Shown one piece after another: positions 49,333 through 58,066 of a stretch of DNA of 64,000 bases. Source of the DNA: a virus (lineage: Duplodnaviria; Caudoviricetes); IMG/VR virus record IMGVR_UViG_3300026549_002532, positions 1-64,000 of that record, one strand, 5' to 3'. Position numbers and translations under genes: made by a program. The notes under the pieces are model-generated. The model had not been told where the DNA came from. It saw only the letters and a program-made list of their open reading frames with translations, and searched no databases. The number at the start of each line of letters is the position of its first letter. Within the stretch, counting starts at the first letter, position 1.

Positions 49333-50361
49333 TTATTTATCGGTGCTTTCTGCTTGCACTGGTGTGTATATTTCATAGAGCTTTTTCACTTTCTCAGCAA
49401 TTTGGGTTCGATAGTCTTCGGGAGCGATGACTTCGAGGTCGGGGCCGAAGGAGAGAATCTGCTGCTCCAGCTCCAGGTTGGGGCGCACCTCGATGGAGAA
49501 GATGCACTGCTTACGGTCAACCACCTTTTGCGACGGGTGTAGCGGCTTGCTCTCCAAGTAGGGATAGCGCATAGGATTGGCGCGGAGCATGATGGACTGC
49601 GCCGTTTTGTGCCGATGAACGGTGACGCCCACCACATCGTCGAAATGGTGGTCAAAGTCTATCTCGGTGTTGATGTAGTATTCCACACCGGGCATCGGCT
49701 CAAGGCTCACGATGCGGTCGAGGGCGAGGTTGGTAATCTCGCCGGTGGCATCGTTGCGCCCAAAGGCGAACCAGCGGTTGTTGTACTGCTTCAGGTAATA
49801 AGGATGGACGACAAACTCAATGTCACGGCCACCGTTCTTATAGGTGTGATAGCTGATTTTGAGCACTTTGTGGGCGGTGACGGCATCAATAATCTGCCCT
49901 AAGTATTCCAGCCCTTTGAGTAAGGGGTTCTGCTCAAAGCACACCACACCGGCACTCTTGCCGTCGAGGTTGAAGCGGCATTCGAGGTTGGTAATCACCT
50001 CCTCGATCCATTCATATTGCGACAAGCCGCGGAAACGGGTCAGCATGATGACAACTTGCTGCAGCTGCTGCGCCTCGGCCTGGCTCAGCGGTTGCTGATT
50101 GATGCTGAAGCTCGGGTCGGCATAGCGGTAGTAAACCCGCTTGCCGTCGCGGTGCTTCTCTAGTTCGATTCCATAGCTGTCTTCCATGAAATTGATGTCG
50201 TCGAAAATTTGCCTGCGACTCACACCGCCCTTGATGTTGTAGTCAATAAGGGCTTGCTCGCACGCACTGATGAGGTCGTCGATATAGAAGCGTCGATGGG
50301 TGTTGCGGAAACATGCATCGAGCGTGCGGTAACGAATATTTGCGTTCTTATTTATCGGCAT
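49333..50361 (-). CDS. WYL-domain transcriptional regulator
   Basis: N-terminal HTH 'RRQIFDDINFM', WYL 'HPYYLKQYNNRWF...LALDRI', WCX C-terminus. Confidence 0.92.
   Translation of the reverse strand: MPINKNANIRYRTLDACFRNTHRRFYIDDLISACEQALIDYNIKGGVSRRQIFDDINFMEDSYGIELEKHRDGKRVYYRYADPSFSINQQPLSQAEAQQLQQVVIMLTRFRGLSQYEWIEEVITNLECRFNLDGKSAGVVCFEQNPLLKGLEYLGQIIDAVTAHKVLKISYHTYKNGGRDIEFVVHPYYLKQYNNRWFAFGRNDATGEITNLALDRIVSLEPMPGVEYYINTEIDFDHHFDDVVGVTVHRHKTAQSIMLRANPMRYPYLESKPLHPSQKVVDRKQCIFSIEVRPNLELEQQILSFGPDLEVIAPEDYRTQIAEKVKKLYEIYTPVQAESTDK
49343..49359. promoter_or_regulatory. Operator-like palindrome inside the WYL 3' end
   Basis: GTGC-TTTCTGCTT-GCAC, same GTGC-N9-GCAC geometry as sites A-D. 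Confidence 0.4.
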
Positions 50362-50553
50362 ATTGTTCTTGCTACTTTTTTCGCAGGCTCAATAAGATTG
50401 AAAATCTTATTGTAACAACCTACAAAGTTACTAAATTATATTTTATATAAAGTGTGGTTATTTCGAAAATGTGGAAAACTTGCACGAAAAATCGCCGAAA
50501 GCCGCATTTTCAAAGCTATTTGAGCCCGTTTTCAGCGATTTTTTGAGCGAAAA

Positions 50554-51333
50554 TCACTTCAACTCGTCGCCCCACATGAAGTATGCAATCCACCTTTCGG
50601 CTCCGTCGGGATTGAGCAACGAGAAAAACAAGGCGGGATTCTGGTCTTCGCCGCCGTCAGTGAAGTATTTCGCTTCGGTCTCGGGTTTGAGACGGAACTT
50701 GCGCAGCTCACTGCCGCTGAAGAAAGTGATGGTCTCAATCGGCTTGAGGTCGTATTTCCCGGGTTGGCATAACTCGTCGCCAAGCATGCCAATCTCCACG
50801 GCAAGCGACTGGTTGGGCTGCAAGTTCGCCAAGTGTGATTGAGTGAGTGGCACGTTTACATTAGTGCCCTCAACGGTGAGGCTGGCCAGCTCCACCTTGT
50901 GGGCGGGCGGCAGGTTGTTCTCGTCAATGTCGTAGTCCCAGAGCCACAGTTTGCCTTTCACATCTGTTATCGGCTCGTCGAAAATGTGTGCATCGGTCAG
51001 GTGCCAGTAGTAGAGCTTATCATCATTGCTCTCACCGGCAGCCCAGATGCTGCGGGCGTTGTCCTTATCGATGCGCTCCACGGTGACGTAGCCGATGATG
51101 GCGTTGCCCGGCATATCGGGGAAGTCGGGCAGGTTGCCGAAAATCTGTTCGTTGAATATTTCCTGCACCCACTCGATGGGTTCGTTATTCATCATGCGCT
51201 CAGAGGTTTTCTTACTGGTGTGAATGAGGATGCGGCCCGGCAGTCGCTTGGGTTGCCAAGTGCGGTTTTCAACGTCTTTGATACCAGCAACGATTAACGA
51301 AGCCCACGGTTGCTGAACTGATAAAACTTTCAT
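50554..51333 (-). CDS. ASCH domain protein
   Basis: 'MKVLSVQQPWASLIVAGIKDVENRTW'. Confidence 0.85.
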   Translation of the reverse strand: MKVLSVQQPWASLIVAGIKDVENRTWQPKRLPGRILIHTSKKTSERMMNNEPIEWVQEIFNEQIFGNLPDFPDMPGNAIIGYVTVERIDKDNARSIWAAGESNDDKLYYWHLTDAHIFDEPITDVKGKLWLWDYDIDENNLPPAHKVELASLTVEGTNVNVPLTQSHLANLQPNQSLAVEIGMLGDELCQPGKYDLKPIETITFFSGSELRKFRLKPETEAKYFTDGGEDQNPALFFSLLNPDGAERWIAYFMWGDELK

Positions 51334-51376
51334 ATTTGAAGCAGTTTTTTGAGGGGAATAATCCATTTAACTGCCG

Positions 51377-51411
51377 CAAAGGAAAAACCTAACTGTGCGC
51401 TCTATCTGCAC
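51377..51411 (-). promoter_or_regulatory. Promoter with palindromic operator C
   Basis: GTGCGCTCTATCTGCAC 51395-51411, 10 nt from CAAAGGAA 51377-51384. Confidence 0.7.
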
Positions 51412-51481
51412 AGCAAAAACTTTTTTTCAAGAAAAGCACAAAAAAAACACTCAAAGAGCGATTTCTGTGCAGCCAATATAT

Positions 51482-51682
51482 AAAAAAGCGCAAACTGCGC
51501 ATTATACAAATTGAAGGTCTTAGGACAAACCTAGCAGTCGATAATGATAGCAGTTCACGCCTATGCGGCGAGAACCACTATACTTCCGTGACTGCTTAAA
51601 ATTGAAAGTGTCCTAAGTTCTCAATTTGTCAGGAGTATAATGTTCCCTTGTTTCCTCGATGTCTGTCAAACTTGACGTTTGA
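51482..51682 (-). ncRNA. Candidate structured small RNA
   Basis: -7 box TAATTTTG (51688-51695), nested stems CTTAGGAC/GTCCTAAG and AGCAGTC/GACTGCT, terminator GCGCA-AAC-TGCGC followed by T6. Confidence 0.4.
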
Positions 51683-51734
51683 CGCTGCAAAATTAGGAAA
51701 ATTTTTCTAATTGGCAGGTGATTACGAGGAAATT

Positions 51735-52475
51735 TCAACTGTTGAGCGGATAGTTGCACGTAAGCAACAGTTTCGCTCTGGGTGCTTTGCCCGACTTGTT
51801 AAACACGCTCGGGTAGAGAACCAGCTCGTCATCGTTGGGGCGTTGCTCCCAAAGAATGTCGCAGCCTTTGTTCCAGAGGAAAGACTTCGACTGCTGGCCG
51901 CAAATGACGGTGAACCGCTCAAAGTCTCTGAGAAGTCCGTCATTTTCGAGCGCACAACCAGCGAGCGTGCCGGTAAGCTCGAAGGTGATGTTGCCTCCTC
52001 GCGATGCGAAGCGATAGAACTTTTCATTCACTGGAATGACAAGTTCTTCGTCGTGGCGGAAAGCATAGGGCAGTTTGGCATGAAACACATGACTGGGGAT
52101 GTCATCCGCGTCATACGGACTGCGAAGCTCCTTGCCCAGTGGTGTGTCAAACTCATGAGCTTTGGTCAGCAAGACTGAAGGCTCATGGACGGCAGCCCAC
52201 TGGCTCTCGGTGCCATCGGCTTTGGCCAGCACATCGACGAAGCCGACACACTTGCCGGTAGGCAGGTCGGCGGTCGGCGGCAGGTTGCCGAACAGTTGAT
52301 GGTTGTTGACTGCCTGGAACCATTCCAAAGGAACGTCAGACATCAAGAAACATGGGAGCGCATAGATGTAAAGGCGGCATCCCTTTGAGAAATGGTCGCC
52401 GAAGATCGCATTTCTCAAGCCTCGTACAAGCATTGTAGCGAAAGGCTGCTGAATGAAAAGATTTCTTGTTTCCAT
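51735..52475 (-). CDS. Divergent ASCH-like paralog
   Basis: 'NLFIQQPFATMLVRG', 'PLEWFQAVNNHQLFGNLP' parallel the 50554 protein. Confidence 0.65.
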   Translation of the reverse strand: METRNLFIQQPFATMLVRGLRNAIFGDHFSKGCRLYIYALPCFLMSDVPLEWFQAVNNHQLFGNLPPTADLPTGKCVGFVDVLAKADGTESQWAAVHEPSVLLTKAHEFDTPLGKELRSPYDADDIPSHVFHAKLPYAFRHDEELVIPVNEKFYRFASRGGNITFELTGTLAGCALENDGLLRDFERFTVICGQQSKSFLWNKGCDILWEQRPNDDELVLYPSVFNKSGKAPRAKLLLTCNYPLNS

Positions 52476-52534
52476 TACAGTTTTTTAGTTGGTTTAACTT
52501 TCCCCCTCTTTAGTTTGGGGGCTAACCAAAACTG

Positions 52535-52569
52535 CAAAAGTGGGCATAAACAGTGCAGCCTATCTGCAC
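52535..52569 (-). promoter_or_regulatory. Promoter with palindromic operator D
   Basis: GTGCAG-CCTAT-CTGCAC 52553-52569 (perfect inverted repeat), 10 nt from CAAAAGTG 52535-52542. Confidence 0.7.
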
Positions 52570-52664
52570 TTCAAAAATAATTTCTTATCGCCGGTTTTGC
52601 TTGCAAAATGCCAATATTTTGAAAGCAAATTACATACCAATGCCGTGAATGTGACATTTTTTCA

Positions 52665-54302
52665 CTACAGTACGCCACTACTGCTGATGCTGAAAGCATT
52701 GCGGTAAGGGAACTTCTCGCAGCCGATGTAGAGGGTGTCGAAAGCGTCGGTGCCATCGGTGCGGTGTTCGAGCAGGTTCTCCTCGTTTTCCGCGAGTTTT
52801 TCGCCGCCTTTGTCCTTTCGGAAGCCGTTGCGCCCACGAACTACTCCTGCCGTTTGAATGGCAAGGATCAGGTCGTCGTTGTTTTGGCGGTTGAACATCG
52901 GCATGAGCCGTTGTTTACCGGCAAAACCCTGGTTGATGAGCAGGTACTTCTCATCGTGGCGCATGGGATTTCCGAGGTTGATGTCCTCCACCTGCCAGCC
53001 GTGCCGCTCGAACTCGTGGCACACCACCCAGTGGAAGTCCTGCTCGTTGACGGCATAGTTGCCGCCGAGCGCGGTACTGTCGTAGTAATAGACCACGACC
53101 TTGCATTGGTGGTGGGCGTAGTAGCGGCAAAAGTCGTCAATGAGCGCAGGTATCTTGCGCTCGAACTTCGTGTAGAACGACTTGATGACGTTGAGCCGTC
53201 GGCCTGTTGGCTGCCCGGCCACAATCCAATTGATGTTGGCATTGTAGTCCATGCCGATGCAAATGGGCGCAAACGGGTTCAAGTCCTTGTCGGCTCGGCA
53301 GTCGAGTTGGGCCTCGTTGAAGTCGTAGCCCAGACTGTCAAGGTATTCAAAATCGCTGGCGTTGTACTTGTGGCCCTCACGCATCGACGAATAGAAGCCG
53401 TCTTTGGCGATGCCTATTCGTTGACAAAGTATTGACGTTTGGAAAGTCTTTGGCGTGAGGTCGCGCTTCATCTGTTTGATGTAACTTTCGCCCAGTAGTT
53501 GTAGATTTTCAATGCTGCTGTATTCTTTGTAATACACCGCCACGGAGCGCATTTTGTTCAAGTCCTTATCGAGCCGTCGCAGATAAGTTCTAAGGTGCTT
53601 CGGCACGGTCGCGCCCTGCGCATTATAAGCACGGATGCGCTCTTTGACTTTCCAAATCTCATAGATAGTGGCCTTTATCGTCTCGATTAAGTCCACGTCC
53701 ATCTTATCTTGATAGTGGAGAAACCACGAGCCTTTTTGCGTCTGCGGCATATCGCTCAAAATCATGACAGAATGATTAAACGAGTGATGCCCGAAGTAAG
53801 ACTTGATGCCGCCGTTCGCCGGTAGCGTCTCATCTTTAAGCCGTTCATAATCTATGAACTTGGCCTCGTCAATGAGCAGCCATGAGAGCGTGAGCGAGTT
53901 GGAGCTGCCCGGTCGGTCTTGCGAAATGATAATGGCGCAAGAGCCGTTGTAGAACGTGATGACGTGCTCATATTCGGCAGGCTCGATGATGGGCTTGCCG
54001 AAAGACTTGGGCGGTCGCCGTCCAATCACATAGTGAACACCTCTGATATAGCCCCATCGTTTCCACGCGGCGAGCAAGCCCGGGATGGTGTTCGTCAGTC
54101 CGTGCTTGTAGGTCGGCACCACGATGCCGCCTGTTGAGCCGGCCATGCGTTGCATATTACGCAACACAAAAGGCGAGGCGATAGAGTCGGTCTTGCCTGT
54201 GCGTCGCCCTGCGACAATGACCGTTGTATTGGCACCAATCAACTGCGTCAGTCGCTGCGGCGTATTAAAGTATATTTGTTTCTTGGGATTTTCCATCTTC
54301 AA
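52665..54302 (-). CDS. Terminase large subunit
   Basis: Walker A 'AGRRTGKT', Walker B 'LIDEAK', nuclease acidic motifs 'GMDYNA' and 'DGTDAFD'. Confidence 0.88.
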   Translation of the reverse strand: MKMENPKKQIYFNTPQRLTQLIGANTTVIVAGRRTGKTDSIASPFVLRNMQRMAGSTGGIVVPTYKHGLTNTIPGLLAAWKRWGYIRGVHYVIGRRPPKSFGKPIIEPAEYEHVITFYNGSCAIIISQDRPGSSNSLTLSWLLIDEAKFIDYERLKDETLPANGGIKSYFGHHSFNHSVMILSDMPQTQKGSWFLHYQDKMDVDLIETIKATIYEIWKVKERIRAYNAQGATVPKHLRTYLRRLDKDLNKMRSVAVYYKEYSSIENLQLLGESYIKQMKRDLTPKTFQTSILCQRIGIAKDGFYSSMREGHKYNASDFEYLDSLGYDFNEAQLDCRADKDLNPFAPICIGMDYNANINWIVAGQPTGRRLNVIKSFYTKFERKIPALIDDFCRYYAHHQCKVVVYYYDSTALGGNYAVNEQDFHWVVCHEFERHGWQVEDINLGNPMRHDEKYLLINQGFAGKQRLMPMFNRQNNDDLILAIQTAGVVRGRNGFRKDKGGEKLAENEENLLEHRTDGTDAFDTLYIGCEKFPYRNAFSISSSGVL

Positions 54303-54906
54303 GGGTGTCGGGTGGGAATAGTGCGTTTTCTTCGAGGTCGGCTTCCTCGAACTCGATATCCTCTATGTCGATATTCTCGGCCTGGTACTTATGCAGCAGC
54401 TCCGCAATTCGCTCATTGAGGTTAGGCATGGGTTTGATGCCGAGCACTGTCGGGTCGTCGGTGGCGGTGAAGGGCTGCACCACGATCAGGTCATACGGCA
54501 CGGCTTGCTCGTCTTCAAGGTCAACACGGTTGAACTTGGCGTAAGAGCTGGCCGCCTTTTCCATTGTCTTCGAGTCCTTGCGGCTCTTTGCCATCTGATA
54601 CGTCTCCAGTATCATCTCGTTGAAGCGATAGCGGTGGAAATCGCGCGTCGCTTGCGAGAGGTGCGGCAGCAGTGCCTTGACAATGGCAAGGTCGCTGTAG
54701 GCTTGGGTCTTATTGATGCCATGGCGTGAGATGGCGTTATCGACAAACTGGCGGTCTTTAGCGTCGGGATTGGAGAGAAACCAGTTGTATTCCTCACGAA
54801 TACGCAGCACCCGAAGCACGATTGCCTCGGTGTACTTCTGCCGCAGCTCGTCCTCACTGGTGAACAGGTCGAGGCGGCAAGCGTCTATGGGCTTCAACTG
54901 ATGCAT
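54265..54906 (-). CDS. Probable terminase small subunit
   Basis: Helical 213-aa protein overlapping the terL start. Confidence 0.45.
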   Translation of the reverse strand: MHQLKPIDACRLDLFTSEDELRQKYTEAIVLRVLRIREEYNWFLSNPDAKDRQFVDNAISRHGINKTQAYSDLAIVKALLPHLSQATRDFHRYRFNEMILETYQMAKSRKDSKTMEKAASSYAKFNRVDLEDEQAVPYDLIVVQPFTATDDPTVLGIKPMPNLNERIAELLHKYQAENIDIEDIEFEEADLEENALFPPDTLEDGKSQETNIL

Positions 54907-54909
54907 AGT

Positions 54910-55185
54910 TTATTCGTCGTCTTCCATGTCAAGCAGGTTGCGATGCACATTGTCGATGGCAAGCGGTGAACCCACCTGCGCCAACATCATTTCCTGGTGC
55001 AGGAGTTTCACTTTTGAGCCGGCCTTGCCACGAAGGTAACGTTGGCTCACCTCGGTAGAGCGGTTGCCAATGTCTTCCCTCAGGATTTCGGCAGGAATAC
55101 CGAGTATTACTGCCATGTCCGAAATCTTCAAGTAGATGGAAGCGAATTGTTCGACTTGCGTCAGTTGTTCTTCAGTGTAGGTCAT
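54910..55185 (-). CDS. Small phage protein (HTH-like)
   Basis: 91 aa in the packaging operon. Confidence 0.6.
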   Translation of the reverse strand: MTYTEEQLTQVEQFASIYLKISDMAVILGIPAEILREDIGNRSTEVSQRYLRGKAGSKVKLLHQEMMLAQVGSPLAIDNVHRNLLDMEDDE

Positions 55186-55700
55186 AACGTCAATTTTTGA
55201 GCTAACAGGTCGTTCAGGGGAACGGAATGATTGCGGATTAAATCTTCAATTTGGGTGTGCAAAGTGATGAACAATTCGGGGTCGGTCGTGACCACAGCAC
55301 TCTCGCTTCTGTTACCTCGTGTTAGATTTTGAGATGTGATGATGCTCACCACTTCGCCACGCTCGCTGCGTACCAGCAGCACCTTGCTGTGGTTGTCTGC
55401 AAGGTAGGTGGTGGTGATAACCTGCGTGATGAACGCCCACAGTTTGAGCGTCTTGTTGGTGGCCTTGTGGTCGAGCACGAGGTTGAACCGAGTGACGAGG
55501 CCGGACTTCTCGATGAAGAACAATCGGCGAATGAACTCCTCGCTGATTGAGAATGAGGTCTGCCACACCTCGGACTTGCCGAGTTGTTGCAGCACCCAGT
55601 CGAGCACGTCCGCCACCTGCAAGGCGTTAGAGAGATAAGCCTGATAGGGCTTTTCTCGCAGTGGCTTCAAAAAATCTTCTATTGAGGCACTACGTTTCAT
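55182..55700 (-). CDS. Phospholipase D-family (single HKD) nuclease-like protein
   Basis: 'NHSKVLLV...SIITSQNLT' = HxK...S.N PLD motif. Confidence 0.7.
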   Translation of the reverse strand: MKRSASIEDFLKPLREKPYQAYLSNALQVADVLDWVLQQLGKSEVWQTSFSISEEFIRRLFFIEKSGLVTRFNLVLDHKATNKTLKLWAFITQVITTTYLADNHSKVLLVRSERGEVVSIITSQNLTRGNRSESAVVTTDPELFITLHTQIEDLIRNHSVPLNDLLAQKLTL

Positions 55701-55846
55701 CTATTTGAAGTAATTTTGCAGCGTTAATGAGAGGTCTAACGAGTGGGGCGACCACGCCTATTCGTATTCGTCTGTTTTTACAGAGGCTTCTCACATCGGC
55801 GGCAGGTGAGTCCTGGCCGTTTTTTCATGTACTATAGATGCCTGTA

Positions 55847-56563
55847 TTACAATATTTCCAACTCTTTGAGGTCCGCGGTGAGCTTGTCGGTGGGATTGAT
55901 AACCTTGCTGTAAAGCGCGAGGATCTGGGCTTTCAGTTCCTCGCTGGGCTTTTTGGCGTAGCGTCCTTTGGCAAGGTTAATCATGCGCACCGCCTTACGG
56001 CTTTCCTCACGGGCTTCATTCTCCATGACCGCTGCGCCGTCTGTGCCGGTGTAGTGGTCGTAGGTCTCCCAGTTCGAGTGGAGCTTCTTGTCGAGGTCGA
56101 TAAGTTCTTTAAGGAACGGATAACGGTCACAGTCGCGAGCCGGATTATCCTCTGTCGATAGCGAGCGCAACTTCAAGTGCAGTTCGCGCATCCGTTGCAC
56201 AATGCCCAGGTTCTCGACATAGAGAGCCTGAATCTCATCGGGCAGCAGGTCGTGGTCATCACGCTTGCCCTGTTTGAAACTCTCGCCGGTGTTGGGGGTC
56301 AAAACTTTTTTGGCAATCACGTTTACCTGTGATTGCATCTCCTCAACCTGCGCGTGCGTGAGCTTCTGCAAGCGGAACGAAAGTCGTTTCTGCAACTGGC
56401 GTTCAATGAACTCGGCGTTACGCCGCGGGTTCGCCATCAGATTGCGGTACTGGATTTGATTGCCCGTGAGTTGTAGCAAGTAGAGTGCTCCTTTGGCGTA
56501 GTCGCGCTGCTCATGGGGCAAGTACAGCCAATCTTGAATTTCTTTCGTAAACTCTTGGTTCAT
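55847..56563 (-). CDS. Hypothetical phage protein
   Basis: 238 aa helical, operonic. Confidence 0.65.
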   Translation of the reverse strand: MNQEFTKEIQDWLYLPHEQRDYAKGALYLLQLTGNQIQYRNLMANPRRNAEFIERQLQKRLSFRLQKLTHAQVEEMQSQVNVIAKKVLTPNTGESFKQGKRDDHDLLPDEIQALYVENLGIVQRMRELHLKLRSLSTEDNPARDCDRYPFLKELIDLDKKLHSNWETYDHYTGTDGAAVMENEAREESRKAVRMINLAKGRYAKKPSEELKAQILALYSKVINPTDKLTADLKELEIL

Positions 56564-57200
56564 AGCTTATTATTCACATTTGAAAAGAATATGAGATTCT
56601 TGTTATAGCCTTGAAGCAGTTTCTTCATGGCGAGCAAAGTCTGTCCTGTGGTCACAAAGTCATCAAAAACTATGATGTTAGGCTCTTTCGGCAAGATATT
56701 CAGTTCAAAAACCGCGTTCACCCGCTGCTTTGTGTGGCAAAACGCCACATCCTCGTAGAACGGAATATCGAGCTGCCGCCCAATCTCCTCACTGATGAGC
56801 GTGGCGAAGTTCTTCACTTTGTGCCTACGTTTGGGCGAGGTGCAGATGCACCAGCCGCCCTTATCGAGGTGGAAGCCCAACATCTCCCTAATGACCGGCA
56901 CGATGCTGTCGGCAAAGAACCGCACCATGTCGGGGTCGGCCTTGATGTCGGTGAGTGTTCTGCCGTACACCGACTTCTGCCAGATGGAAACGAAGTTCAC
57001 ATTCGAGCGGCGCGTCAAGCGCAGTTTGTAGGAGAAATCACACCTTGCCTCGATGGATTTGTCCCACGACTTGCGCTTCTGCACGGCAAACAAATCCTTT
57101 TGTTGGGCGCGGCTCTGGGGTGCAGCGTCGCCGCCGGAATGAAAGTCGAGGGAACTGAGGTCGCTTACAGGAAAGGTCATGTCGCGCAAGACCTCTCCCA
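56560..57200 (-). CDS. Phosphoribosyltransferase (ComF-like type I PRTase)
   Basis: PRPP-binding loop 'IIVFDDFVTTGQT'; 'SPKRRH'; start uncertain. Confidence 0.8.
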
Positions 57201-57248
57201 TATCGACGGCAGCACCCTCGACCCGCGAGTGACTGTCAGCCATTCCGG

Positions 57249-58034
57249 TTAAGGATTGGCCGCAGCCGCTTGTTTCCAATCGGCGATTCTCTCGGTGAAC
57301 TCGTCAGCCGCCATGGTGTAGTCACCTGCGTTGGCAGCGACTATCTGCTCATAGACCGCCTCCACCTCTGCCGGTGTCTTGTTGGTGTCCTCGGCAACAG
57401 CGATGAACAAGTCATCGAAATTGTCCGTCGTGTAAACGGTGCCGTTGTACTCGATGGCGGCAGTCGAGGCCTGTTCAGGCTGGATGCTTCCGTCCTCGGT
57501 CTCAATCTTGCCGTAGTAGAACGGAGCGGGGCATTCGTCGGTGGCCTCCACCGAGAGCGTGGTGCTGGTCGTTCCCGTCGGGCCTTGCCCGAGGTCTTGC
57601 GCCACGGTCGATTTGACGAGCCATGCGTCGCTGCCGACCACGCGGAACTTGCCCGGCACGGTCTCGACGAGATAGACGCAATCGTTGTTGTTGACGTAAG
57701 CGGCGAGCGCCGAAGCGTCCACACCCACGCCCGGGTGAACAGCGGTCAGCTTGTTCAGCTGCGTCATCGAGGGGTATTCACCCTGCGCCTCGCTGGTGAG
57801 CTGCGACTTGTCGGGCAGGATGTCGATATACTTCCAAGTGGCATCGGCTGCCAAAACGAAATTGCCGACGTAAGCGGCGGTGGTCAGTCGCCCGCGGTTG
57901 TCATGTGCGAGCGTGGGCCACTTGACGATTTGGTCTTTGCCGATGTAGTAGATGCGGCGCTTGATGCCGGGGAGCTCGGGAGTTCCCTGACACCAAGCGA
58001 GCGATTTCAATATACTGGTACAATTCGTTGCCAT
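57249..58034 (-). CDS. Major tail (tube) protein-like
   Basis: Follows the capsid gene; beta-rich core 'PGIKRRIYY...SKSQLTSEAQGE...' with an acidic C-terminal extension. Confidence 0.5.
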   Translation of the reverse strand: MATNCTSILKSLAWCQGTPELPGIKRRIYYIGKDQIVKWPTLAHDNRGRLTTAAYVGNFVLAADATWKYIDILPDKSQLTSEAQGEYPSMTQLNKLTAVHPGVGVDASALAAYVNNNDCVYLVETVPGKFRVVGSDAWLVKSTVAQDLGQGPTGTTSTTLSVEATDECPAPFYYGKIETEDGSIQPEQASTAAIEYNGTVYTTDNFDDLFIAVAEDTNKTPAEVEAVYEQIVAANAGDYTMAADEFTERIADWKQAAAANP

Positions 58035-58066
58035 GTTTTTACTTCGTGATTAGTGGTGAATGACTA

